From contig CAVYZV010000005.1 in assembly GCA_963773145.1 (NCBI GenBank), positions 366,271 through 430,270 of the forward strand: DNA of 64,000 bases, read 5' to 3'. Source of the stretch: an uncultured Solirubrobacteraceae bacterium (GTDB lineage: Bacteria > Actinomycetota > Thermoleophilia > Solirubrobacterales > Solirubrobacteraceae). The first letter of the stretch is position 1, and each line of letters starts with the position of its first letter. Below, piece by piece: positions 29,953 through 39,530 of this stretch. The translations under genes were made by a program, and so were the position numbers. The notes below the pieces were generated by a model. That model made no database searches, had not been told where the DNA came from, and saw only the letters and a program-made list of their open reading frames with translations.

Positions 29953-30778
29953 GCGGGCGCTGCCGGTACGACACGCGGTCGCCCTGGGCCTCTTGCAGGG
30001 TCCCACGGAGCTGCTGCCGGTCTCCTCCTCGGCCCACACCACGCTGGTGCCGTGGCTCGCGGGGTGGGACTACGACGAGCTCGACGACGACGTGCGCAAG
30101 GGCTTCGAGGTGGCCCTCCACGGCGGCACGGGGGCCGCGCTGGCGCTGCTGGCGGGCCGGGAGCTGGCGGCCGACGCGAGCCGCATCTGGCGTTCACGGC
30201 CGCCCGTGCTGGTGCTCGCGCTGGCGCCCCCGGCGCTCGTGGGCCTGCTGCTGGGGCCGCTGATCGAGAAGCACCTCGGCGGCCCTCTTTCGATCGCGCT
30301 GGCGCTCGCGGCGGGCTCCGCCGGGATGCTCGCCGCGGAGAGGAGCACGAGCGGCGGCGGGGACCGCGACGCCGGCCCGGGCCGCGGGCTCGGCGACGCC
30401 GATGCGCTCGACGGGCTCGTCCTCGGCCTGGCCCAGGCCGTCGCGCTGGTCCCCGGAGTGTCCCGCAGCGGGGCCACGATCAGCGCGGCCCGCTTGCGGG
30501 GCTTCGCCCGCAGCGACGCGTACCGGCTGTCGTGGACCGTGGCGCTGCCCGTGATCGCGGGCGCGGGCATGCTGCAGGGGGAGCGGCTGCGGCGCAAGGG
30601 GGTGCCGGCGGGGGTGCGGCCCGCGATGGCCGCCGGCGCCGGCGCGGCCTTCTGCTCGACGCTCGCGGGCGGCCGGCTGCTGCGGGGACGCCTGCGGGAG
30701 TGCCCGCTGACGCCGTTCGCCCTCTACCGGGCCGCGCTCGCCGGCGTGGTCGTGCTGCGCGCGTGCGCACGCCGGTAG
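29939..30778 (+). CDS. uppP: Undecaprenyl-diphosphate phosphatase
   Basis: LQGPTELLPVSSSAH, LHGGT, AQAVALVPGVSRSGATI. Confidence 0.9.
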   Translation: MRRAERALPVRHAVALGLLQGPTELLPVSSSAHTTLVPWLAGWDYDELDDDVRKGFEVALHGGTGAALALLAGRELAADASRIWRSRPPVLVLALAPPALVGLLLGPLIEKHLGGPLSIALALAAGSAGMLAAERSTSGGGDRDAGPGRGLGDADALDGLVLGLAQAVALVPGVSRSGATISAARLRGFARSDAYRLSWTVALPVIAGAGMLQGERLRRKGVPAGVRPAMAAGAGAAFCSTLAGGRLLRGRLRECPLTPFALYRAALAGVVVLRACARR

Positions 30779-30801
30779 CTGGAAAATAGGGGCGAGCAGC
30801 G

Positions 30802-32365
30802 ATGCCTGTCATTGGAGAGGAGATCGGCGGCCGCTACCGGCTTGAAACGGTCGTCGGCCGGGGCGGCATGTCGACCGTCTACCGCGCGTTCGACACCGTG
30901 CTCGAGCGGCCGGTGGCGATCAAGCTGATGCACCCGGGCGTGGCGGCCGACGCCGACCAGCTCGAGCGCTTTCGCCGCGAGGCGCGCCTGGTGGCCCGTC
31001 TCAGCCACCCACACGTGGTGACGGTGATCGACGCCGGCGAGCAGCCGGGAGACCCCGGCGGGCGACGGCTCGGATCCCTCCTCGGCGTGCCCCTACATCG
31101 TGTTCGAGTACGTCGAAGGCGAGACGCTCAAGGAGCTGATCCGGCGCGAGGGCCCGCTCGAGATCCCGCGAGCGGTGGCCTACGCGCTGGAGCTCGCGCG
31201 GGCACTCGGGGCGGCCCACGCGCACGACCTCGTGCACCGCGACGTCAAGCCGCAGAACGTCCTCATCACCAGCGAAGGGACGGCCAAGATCACCGACTTC
31301 GGGATCGCCCGGCCGCTCACCGAGGCGGCCCTGACGATGCCCGGGAGGGTGCTCGCGACCACCGACTACATCGCCCCGGAGCAGGCCCTCGGCGAGCCGG
31401 TCAGCGGGCGCTCGGACCTCTACTCGCTCGGCATCGTGCTGTTCGAGATGCTCACCGGTGACGTCCCCTTCCACGGGGAGTCCGCGGTGGCGGTGGCGAT
31501 GAAGCACGTGCGCGAGGAGGTCCCCGACGTGCAGCGGCTGCGACCGGGGGTCTCGGCGGCGACCGCCGCGGTCGTCGAGCGGGCCACGGCCAAGGATCCG
31601 GCGCAGCGCTACCCCGACGCCGAGAGCATGGCGGCGGACCTCGAGCAGGCGCTGGCGCTGGAGACCTCGCGCTCGGGCCAGGCCACGGGTGAGGTCACCT
31701 CGATCCTGCGGACGCTGCCGGGGGACGCCCGCGGGCGCGTGCCGTGGCGGGTGCGTCACCGTGGCCTGGTGACCGCGGCGGTGGCGGCGGTGGTGTTCGT
31801 CGTGGCCGCGGCGGCGCTGCTGGCGGCCCTGGCGCTGACCCACCGCGGAGCCGGGAACGCCGCCTCCGCACCCCCGGGAACCGGCCTGCAGGAGGTCGCC
31901 CTGGCCCAGGACGCCGCCCACGACTACAACCCCTTCGGCACCGGGCCGGAAAGCCGGGACCTCGTCGGCAACGTGGTCGACGACGACCCCAACACCACGT
32001 GGACCACCGAGCAGTACTACTCGGGCACGCTGCAGAAGGCCGGCGGGGTGGGGCTGGGCCTGTACCTGGACGCCGCGCCGAAGCTGTCGGCGCGGGCGAT
32101 CGCGGTGCGGACGCCGACGCCCGGCTTCCCGATGCAGATCTACGTGGCCAACCACGTCAACCTCGACTACCCCTACGGCAGCTCCGTGCCGCTGAGCGCG
32201 CGCGGATGGCATGGCCCGGTCGCCTCGACACCCCAGGTGGTCAGTGGGCAACGGATCCCGATCGCGCTGGGGGGCGCCGCCTATCGCTACTACCTGCTGT
32301 GGTTCACGGCCCTCCCCCCCGGCCACCAGTCGCTCGCGATCTCCGAGGTCTCGCTGTCCCACTGA
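30802..32365 (+). CDS. Transmembrane Ser/Thr protein kinase with extracellular beta-sandwich domain, frameshift near 31080
   Basis: GRGGMSTVY, VAIK, HRDVKPQN, DFG, APE, TM helix; two frames joined. Confidence 0.87.
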
Positions 32366-32444
32366 GGCCCGGCCGGCCGCCGAGGCCCACGGGCACCCGG
32401 CCGCCGCCGTCCGCGCGGCCCGCGCGTGCGGGTCGGCGCTCGTC

Positions 32445-33516
32445 CTAGCGGCGCAGCGCGGCCAGGCGGTGGTGGCGCTCGACGGCCAGGCGGCAGAGGC
32501 GGTCCACCAGCACGGGGTACTGGATGCCGGCGGCGTCGATGAGCTTCGCGTACACGCTCGTGGGCGTGAAGCCGGGCATCGTGTTGAGCTCGTTGACGAG
32601 CACCCGCTCGCCGTCGACGAAGAAGTCCACGCGCGCCAGGCCGTGGCAGCCGGCGGCGGCGAACACCTCGAGGGCCAGCTCGCGGGCGCGGCGCTCCGCC
32701 GTCGCGGAGATGCGGGCGGGCACGATCAGCTGCATGCCGCCCGGCGTGTACTTGGCCTCGTAGTCGTAGAACTGCCCTCCGAAGACGATCTCGCCGAGCG
32801 GCGACGCGAGCGCCCGCGGGGACGCGGGCCGGCCATCGACGGACTGCCCCGCCGGCCCGCCGGTGAGGCTCCCGAGCACGGCGCACTCGACCTCACGCCC
32901 GGCGCCGGCCGCCTCCACGATCACGCGCTCGTCGTGGGCGAAGGCCTGCTCGATCGCGCCGGCGAGCTCCTCGGGGTCCTCGACCTTGACGATCCCCACC
33001 GAGGAGCCGAGGTGGGCCGGCTTGACGAACACGGGCAGGCCGAGGCGCTCCAGGATGTCCGCGCCGGGCTCCTCCCCGGCGGCCGCGCCGCTGGCCGCGG
33101 ACAGCCCTACGAAGTCGACCTGGGGAACCCCGGCGGCGCGCATCAGCTCTTTGAAGAGGACCTTGTCGAGGCTCACGGCCGAGGCGGCCACGCCGGAGCC
33201 GACATAGGGCGACGTCGAGCACCTCGAGCATCCCCTGGACCGTGCCGTCCTCGCCGTAGGGGCCGTGGAGCACGGGGAAGGCGACGTCCGCCTCCAGCAG
33301 CCCGCGGCCAGGCGTCGGGCTCAGCAGCTCGCCGTCGCAGTGCCACTCCCCCTCGCGGGAGATCTCCACCCACAGAACCTCGTGACCGGCGGCCAGCAGG
33401 CCGTCCAGGACCGCCCGTCCGGAGGACAGCGACACGTCGTGCTCGGAGGATCGCCCGCCGGCGAGCACCGCGACGCGCAGGGGCTGCCCGTGGTGGTGTC
33501 CGTTGGTGGCGGTCAC
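32445..33516 (-). CDS. ddl: D-alanine--D-alanine ligase, frameshift near 33205
   Basis: GGRSSEHDVSL, LHGPYGEDGTVQG, FVKPAHLGSSVG, FYDYEAKY, NELNTMPGFT. GTGA overlap with pknB. Confidence 0.9.
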
Positions 33517-35462
33517 GGAGCCTGGGGCCCGTTCTGGCTCGGGGTCGTGGGTGTGGTGGTGGTCGGCGTGGTCGTGGTGGGGCCCGTGGACCCGCCGCCG
33601 GAGACGCCCACGAAGATCCTCACCGTGCTGCCCTTGGGCAGGTGGGTGCCGCCGCTGGGGCTCTGCCGCAGGACCTTGCCGACGTCGGCGTCTTCGCCGG
33701 TGACCACCGAGGAGACCGCGGAGCCGAGCCCGGCCCGTTCGAGCGTTTCTTCGGCGGACAGCTCGCTGCGGCCCACGACCGTCGGGACGGCCACCTTCTT
33801 GGCCTTCGGGGCTTCGGCGACGACCAGGTTGACCTTCGTGTTGGAGCGCACTTCGTTGCCGGCCTTGGGTTCCTGGCTGAGCACGTTCCCGGGAGACTGC
33901 GCCGAGGACGGTTCCCGGGTGACGGTGCCGTTGGCCAGACCGGCGTTGGAGATCGCGGCCTGGGCCGAGGAGAGGTTCTCGCCGGCCACGTCGGGCACGG
34001 TGATCAGCGCCGGGCCGCTGGACACGAGCACGATCACGGTGCTGCCCTGGCGGTCGACGGTGCCGGCCGGGGGTTCGGTGCCGATCACGATCCCGGCGGC
34101 GACCGTGGCGCTGGCGGTGTTGTGGACCTCCGGGACGAAGCCGGCGCCGTGCAGGCGGTCGCTGGCTTCGGTGGCATGGAGACCGTGGACGTCGGGGAGG
34201 GGCACGTTGGCGGGGCCTCCGGAGACGACGATCTTGACGGTCGAGCCCTTGCCCGCGTCGCTCCCGGCCGGAGGCGCCTGCGTGACGACCAGGCCGGTCG
34301 CTACCCGCACGCTGGGGGCGAGCGTGGGATTCGCCTGCAGCCCGGCGCGGCGCAGGGCCAGGATCGCCGCCTGTTCGGTCTGGCCCACGACCCTCGGCAC
34401 GGTCACCTGCTTGTTGCCCTCGGTGAGCAGCAGCACGGTCGCGAGCACGGCGACGAGCACGGCCGCCAGCAGCGGCCACAGCCACCACCGGCGCCGGCCC
34501 CCGTCCTCGGCCGGGGGATCCTCCTCCGCCGGGGGTCCCAGCGGCGGCACGACCAGCATCGAACCGGTGGCGGGAGGCTCGGCGAGGGCGGTCGCGGCGA
34601 CCGGATAGGAGGCGGGGACGGCGGCGCCCTGGTAGGCGCGCAGGGCCTCGCGCTCGTGTTCGAGTGCGCCGATCAGCTCATCGGCGTCGGCGTAGCGCTG
34701 GGAGGGATCCTTGGCCAGCGCCCGCATCACGACGGCGTCCAGCGAGGGGGGAATGACGGGGTTCAGTTCGCTGGGCGGGCGGGGAGCCGCCGATACCTGC
34801 TTGTAGGCGATCGCGACCGCCGATTCGCCCTCGAACGGCACGACCCCCGTGAGCAGCTCGTACAGGATCACGCCCACCGAGTAGAGGTCCGAGGCGCTCG
34901 AGACCGCGAACCCCTGTGCCTGCTCGGGGGACAGGTACTGGGCGGTCCCCATCACCGACCCGGTGAGGGTCATGTCGGAGGCCCCCGCGCGGGCGATCCC
35001 GAAGTCCGTCACCCGCGCCCGGCCCTCTTCGTCGATGATCACGTTGTGGGGCTTGAGGTCGCGGTGGATGACGCCGCGGCGGTGGGCGAAGCGGGCCGCT
35101 CGCAGGATCTGCACGACGATGTCGATGGAGGTCACGGGGTCGAGCGCGCCGTCCTCGCGGATGATCGCCTTCAGCGAGCGCCCGGCCACGTACTCCATCG
35201 CGATGTAGTAGGTGCCGTTCCACTCGCCGCGGTCGAAGATGCCGACGATGTTGGGGTGCGAGAGCGCCGCCGCGGAGGAGGCCTCGCGCTTGAAGCGCTC
35301 GACGAACTCGTGGTCCTCGGCGAAGTGGTGGTGCAGGACCTTGACGGCCAGGTGGCGCCCCAGCAGCTGGTCCTGGGCGAGGTACACGTCGGCCATGCCG
35401 CCCGAGCCCAGGCGCGAGATGACGCGGTAGCGCCCGTCGATGATGGTGTCCGGCTCGATCAT
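33513..35462 (-). CDS. pknB: PASTA-domain Ser/Thr kinase
   Basis: GSGGMADVY, HRDLKPHN, DFGIA, SPE, TM, four PASTA-like repeats (VPxVxG). Confidence 0.93.
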   Translation of the reverse strand: MIEPDTIIDGRYRVISRLGSGGMADVYLAQDQLLGRHLAVKVLHHHFAEDHEFVERFKREASSAAALSHPNIVGIFDRGEWNGTYYIAMEYVAGRSLKAIIREDGALDPVTSIDIVVQILRAARFAHRRGVIHRDLKPHNVIIDEEGRARVTDFGIARAGASDMTLTGSVMGTAQYLSPEQAQGFAVSSASDLYSVGVILYELLTGVVPFEGESAVAIAYKQVSAAPRPPSELNPVIPPSLDAVVMRALAKDPSQRYADADELIGALEHEREALRAYQGAAVPASYPVAATALAEPPATGSMLVVPPLGPPAEEDPPAEDGGRRRWWLWPLLAAVLVAVLATVLLLTEGNKQVTVPRVVGQTEQAAILALRRAGLQANPTLAPSVRVATGLVVTQAPPAGSDAGKGSTVKIVVSGGPANVPLPDVHGLHATEASDRLHGAGFVPEVHNTASATVAAGIVIGTEPPAGTVDRQGSTVIVLVSSGPALITVPDVAGENLSSAQAAISNAGLANGTVTREPSSAQSPGNVLSQEPKAGNEVRSNTKVNLVVAEAPKAKKVAVPTVVGRSELSAEETLERAGLGSAVSSVVTGEDADVGKVLRQSPSGGTHLPKGSTVRIFVGVSGGGSTGPTTTTPTTTTPTTPSQNGPQAP

Positions 35463-36889
35463 CGCAGCAGGCTTTCCATGACTTCCTTGGCCACCGGGGC
35501 GGCGAACGCGGCCCCCTGCCCGGGAACCCCCTGGAGCGTCACGGCGACGGCCACGCGGGGGGCGCTCACGGGCGCGAAGGCGATGAACCAGACATTGTTG
35601 ATCGCGTTGCCGATCTGCGTCTCGGCGGTGCCGGTCTTGCCGGCCACGGCGACGCCCGGGATCTGGGCCGGGACGCCGGTTCCTTCTTCCACGACCTTCT
35701 GCATCATCCCCGCCACCGAGCTGGCGGTGGAGCGTTTCATCACGTCCGCCTGAAGCTTGGGGCCGATCGTCTGGACGGTGCGCCCTTCGGGGTCCACGAT
35801 CCTGCTCGTGAGGTGGGGCACCATCAGGCGCCCGCCGTCGGCGACCGCGGACGCGACCTCGGCCATCTGCAGCGCGGTGACCTCCAGTTTGTCCTGGCCG
35901 ATGCCCATGCGGCCGACGTCCACCTGCGGGCTGGTGGGCGGAATCGGGCGCCCGTGCGAGTACTCGCCGCTGACGGACATTTCGGTGGCGGGGTAGTCGA
36001 GCTGGGGCTCACGGTTGAAGCCGAAGCGGCGCATGTAGCGGCCCATGACGCGCTTGCCGAGGCTCACGGCGACCTGGGCGTAGACCGTGTTGACGGAGTG
36101 CACGAGCCCTTCGGTGAGGGTGATCTGGCCGAAGTTCTCGTGCTGGTCGTTGGACAGCGGCAGGCCGGAGATCAGCACCCCGTCGCGTCCGCTGACGGTC
36201 GATTCGGGGGTGTAGCGGCCGCTGTCGATCGCCGCCGTGGCGGTGACCACCTTGAAGGTCGAGCCCGGCGCGTAGCCGTCCTGGGTGGCGCGGTTGACGA
36301 GCGCTCCCGCGCCGCTGCTCGCCACGTGGGCGAGACCGCCCGGGAAGCGCAGCGCGTTCGGTTCATAGGAGGGGTTGGAGACCATCACCTTGACCGCCCC
36401 CGTGCGCGGGTCGAGCGCCACGACCGCGCCGTGGTGTTCGGCGAGCGCCTGCTGGGCGACCCGCTGGGCGGCCGGGTCGAGTGACGTGATGACCTTGTCG
36501 CCGGCCGGTTTGATTCCCTGGAGCTGGTTGAGGATCGTCTGGAGGTTGCTCCGGGTCTGGCCCTCGAGCACGTCGTTGCGGTACTTCTCCAGGCCGCTGG
36601 CGCCGAGGTTCGTGAAGTAGTAGCCCAGCGGGTGGGCGAACAGCGAGCCCGTGGGGTAGGTGCGCGTGTAGGTGCCTTCACGGCCCTGGAGGCTGCGCGC
36701 CAGCACCGTCCCGTTGGCAGCCAGGATCTCACCGCGGCGGATCCGTTCCTGCTCGAGCAGCTGACGTGCGTTGAGTGGGTTGTTGCGCAGCGAGGAGGCT
36801 TCGAAGACGGTCCACCTGGAGGTGAAGGCCACCAGCAGGGCGAACAGCACCGCCACGAAGGCGAACAGCCGCATTATGGGGCGATTCAC
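35459..36889 (-). CDS. pbpA: Class B penicillin-binding protein
   Basis: PGSTFK (SxxK), SVN (SxN), AGKTGT. Confidence 0.9.
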   Translation of the reverse strand: MNRPIMRLFAFVAVLFALLVAFTSRWTVFEASSLRNNPLNARQLLEQERIRRGEILAANGTVLARSLQGREGTYTRTYPTGSLFAHPLGYYFTNLGASGLEKYRNDVLEGQTRSNLQTILNQLQGIKPAGDKVITSLDPAAQRVAQQALAEHHGAVVALDPRTGAVKVMVSNPSYEPNALRFPGGLAHVASSGAGALVNRATQDGYAPGSTFKVVTATAAIDSGRYTPESTVSGRDGVLISGLPLSNDQHENFGQITLTEGLVHSVNTVYAQVAVSLGKRVMGRYMRRFGFNREPQLDYPATEMSVSGEYSHGRPIPPTSPQVDVGRMGIGQDKLEVTALQMAEVASAVADGGRLMVPHLTSRIVDPEGRTVQTIGPKLQADVMKRSTASSVAGMMQKVVEEGTGVPAQIPGVAVAGKTGTAETQIGNAINNVWFIAFAPVSAPRVAVAVTLQGVPGQGAAFAAPVAKEVMESLLR

Positions 36890-38199
36890 GGGGCGCTATT
36901 CCCACCTTCCAGTTGGCCCAGTTCGAGGCTGCGGATCAGCGACGCGGCGTTTGTTTCGGAGTGCAGGTGGTGGTTGAGCAGCGTCTTGCGGCGGGCGGCC
37001 GGGATCGTCGAGGCGCTCACCCCGGACACGTATTTGCGCGAGTACAGGTCGATGTGGCCCGGGAGCTGGTAGGGGATTCCCTGGTAGAGGGTCACGAGGC
37101 CGCGGGCGTTGGTGCCGATGAAGTAGACCGACTCCAGGGCGAGGTATGCGCCGGCGGCGATCAGGCCCAGCACCACGACCGTGACCGCCAGCCCGCCGAG
37201 GTGGGGCACCCGCCGGCGGCGGCGTTGTGGCGAGGGCCCGGGAAGGCGGGGCAGGCGCCTGCGCGCGGTCGCCTGCTCCGGCGCGACGGCCGTTGCCGTG
37301 CCGGCGGCGGGCTCCGCGACGGGAGCGCCGAAGCCGTCGGCCGTGCTCTCGCCGGTGGGCGGCGCGTCCGTCTCGCCCGCGCCCGCGGCGGCGACCTGAT
37401 GGGAGGCCGTGTCCGAGTCGCCGCCGACCGCCGGCATCCCGATCATCGTGTCGCCGGCGGCTGGGCCGTCGGGGCTCGCCACGTCCAGCTCCTTCAGGCG
37501 CAGCAGCACGACCGTCACGTTGTCGCGTCCGCCGGCATCGTTGGCGGCCCTGATCAGCGCCTCGCCCGCGTCGCGCAGACGCGAGTGGGTGTTCAGCGCG
37601 GAGGCGATGTCCTCCTCGGAGATCATCGTCGTGAGGCCGTCGCTGCAGAGCAGGTAGACGTCCCCCCCACGGGCCTGAAAGGAGCGGGTGTCGACGTCGA
37701 CGACCCCTTCGGGACCGAGGGCGCGCGTGATGACCGAGCGCTGGGGGTGCTCGACCGCCTCCTCCGGGGTCAGCCGCCCCTGGCGCATCAGCTCGTCGAC
37801 GAGCGTGTGGTCGTCGGTCAGCCGCAGCAGCTTGCCGTCACGCAGGCAGTACGCGCGGCTGTCTCCGACGTGTGCGATGGCGACCTCCTGCTCACCCACG
37901 TAGAGGGCGGTGAGCGTCGTCCCCATGCCCGCCTGCTCGGCGTTGGAGTGCGACAGCGAATGGATGCGCTCGTTGGCGGTGCGGGCCAGCTCGGCGAGCT
38001 CGTGCTCCGGATGCCGGGTGTCGGCGATCCCCGGCTGGAAGGCCTCCACCGCGATCCGCGAGGCCACCTCGCCGGCCTGGGCCCCGCCCATCCCGTCAGC
38101 CACCACGAACAGGGGAGCGCGGGCGAACAGCGAGTCCTCGTTGGCGCGCCGCTGGCGGCCGGTGTCGGTGCCGGTGTAGTAGTCGTCGACGGTGACCAT
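36886..38199 (-). CDS. pstP: PP2C-family Ser/Thr phosphatase
   Basis: RRANED, VADGMGG, HVGDSR, LCSDGL, GGRDN, TM near C-terminus. Confidence 0.92.
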   Translation of the reverse strand: MVTVDDYYTGTDTGRQRRANEDSLFARAPLFVVADGMGGAQAGEVASRIAVEAFQPGIADTRHPEHELAELARTANERIHSLSHSNAEQAGMGTTLTALYVGEQEVAIAHVGDSRAYCLRDGKLLRLTDDHTLVDELMRQGRLTPEEAVEHPQRSVITRALGPEGVVDVDTRSFQARGGDVYLLCSDGLTTMISEEDIASALNTHSRLRDAGEALIRAANDAGGRDNVTVVLLRLKELDVASPDGPAAGDTMIGMPAVGGDSDTASHQVAAAGAGETDAPPTGESTADGFGAPVAEPAAGTATAVAPEQATARRRLPRLPGPSPQRRRRRVPHLGGLAVTVVVLGLIAAGAYLALESVYFIGTNARGLVTLYQGIPYQLPGHIDLYSRKYVSGVSASTIPAARRKTLLNHHLHSETNAASLIRSLELGQLEGGNSAP

Positions 38200-38204
38200 C
38201 GCCG

Positions 38205-38708
38205 TCAGTCGACCTCGAAGCTGAATTCGCTCTCGCCGATGCGCACGCGGTCGCCCGGGTGCAGCGGCCGGGGGCTTTCGAGCAGCTCCTCGTTCAGGTA
38301 GGTGCCGTTGGTCGAGCCCATGTCTTCGATCACGACCGAGTTGCCCTGCTCGTAGATCCGTGCGTGCCGTGACGATGCAAACGGATCGTCGATGCGGATC
38401 TCGGCCTGCTCGCCGCGGCCCACCACCAGCTGTGAGTCGAGGTCGTAGATCATGCCCGCGTCGTGCCCCGGAGCCCGCTCCACGACCAGCCGGGGGGCGC
38501 GCCCGGCGATCTGGGCGCCGCCGAGCGTGGAGGCCGAGTACATGCCGGTGGCGTCCGGCGGGATCGAGCGCGGATCCGGCGCGCTGGGGGACGACGAGCG
38601 CGTGCCGAGGTCACGGCGGGCGCTGCGCACGACCCACAGCAGGAACAGGTAGAGGACGGCCAGAAAGCCGAACTTGAGAGCGACGGATACGGGTTCAACC
38701 GAGTTCAT
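38205..38708 (-). CDS. fhaB: FHA domain protein (FhaB/FipA)
   Basis: N-terminal TM, GR, SSRHA, DMGSTNGT. Confidence 0.88.
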   Translation of the reverse strand: MNSVEPVSVALKFGFLAVLYLFLLWVVRSARRDLGTRSSSPSAPDPRSIPPDATGMYSASTLGGAQIAGRAPRLVVERAPGHDAGMIYDLDSQLVVGRGEQAEIRIDDPFASSRHARIYEQGNSVVIEDMGSTNGTYLNEELLESPRPLHPGDRVRIGESEFSFEVD

Positions 38709-39481
38709 CCAAGTTCGAAGACGACCTCCGTCGAGCCGAGCTCGACGCGGTCGCCGTCCTGCAGCGCCTGCGCGCCCCGAATCCGGCGGCCGTTGAGCAG
38801 CACCCCGTTGGTGGAGCCGAGGTCCTCGACGACCCAGCCGTCACCCTCCGGGCGCAGCTCGGCATGGTGACGGGAGACGCCGGCATCCTCGAGCACGATC
38901 GCGCAGTCGCGGCTGCGCCCGATCGTGCCGCCGTCGGACGGGACCAGCAGCCGGCGCCCGCCGAGCGCCAGCAGGGCACGCGGGGGACGGCGGCGGGCCT
39001 GGGCCTCCTGGACCGGGCCCCGCAGCCGGGATGAGGCGCTGTAGATCATCGTGTTGCCGTGCTCGGCCGCTCCCGCCGTAGCCGGAACGGGCTGCTCCTC
39101 GTCCGCCTCGGGAGGGCGCACGAGGCTGGCCTGGATACCGAATTCCCCGAGCGCGAGGTGCTCGTCGGTGTGGAACACCACGCGCGGCTGGGAGGCCATG
39201 ATCAGATCCTCGCGCCGGGCATGCTCGAGCAGATAGCCGCACAGCTCGTCGATCACCTCCTGTTCGATGCCGCCGTAGCGGGCACGGTCCTCGGGCGACA
39301 GCCACACGGCGTACTCGTTGGGCACGTACACGCGGGAGACCGAGAACGTGCGGTGGGAGTCCATCTCGCGGGCGAGCTTGCGGGCGAGTTCCATGGGGCG
39401 GACCTCCGAGCGGAAGATGCGCCCGAAGGTACCCTCGACGAGGTTGGCGATCGTCGTCTCGACGCTCTTCAACGGGTTCAT
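38705..39481 (-). CDS. fhaA: DUF3662 + FHA domain protein (FhaA)
   Basis: VRPMELARKL..VPNEY, IGRS, VSRHHA, DLGSTNG. Confidence 0.9.
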   Translation of the reverse strand: MNPLKSVETTIANLVEGTFGRIFRSEVRPMELARKLAREMDSHRTFSVSRVYVPNEYAVWLSPEDRARYGGIEQEVIDELCGYLLEHARREDLIMASQPRVVFHTDEHLALGEFGIQASLVRPPEADEEQPVPATAGAAEHGNTMIYSASSRLRGPVQEAQARRRPPRALLALGGRRLLVPSDGGTIGRSRDCAIVLEDAGVSRHHAELRPEGDGWVVEDLGSTNGVLLNGRRIRGAQALQDGDRVELGSTEVVFELG

Positions 39482-39530
39482 GGCGGGTGCGCTCTAGGAC
39501 CGGCGAACGAGCCGGCTCTCGGGAGCCATG

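Noticed and set aside
32211-35753. 1180-aa plus-strand ORF (likewise 50010-52952, 19867-21666 and other long ORFs)
   Set aside because: Antisense shadows of real genes (ddl/pknB, gyrA, wzx) caused by high-GC codon bias; no motifs.
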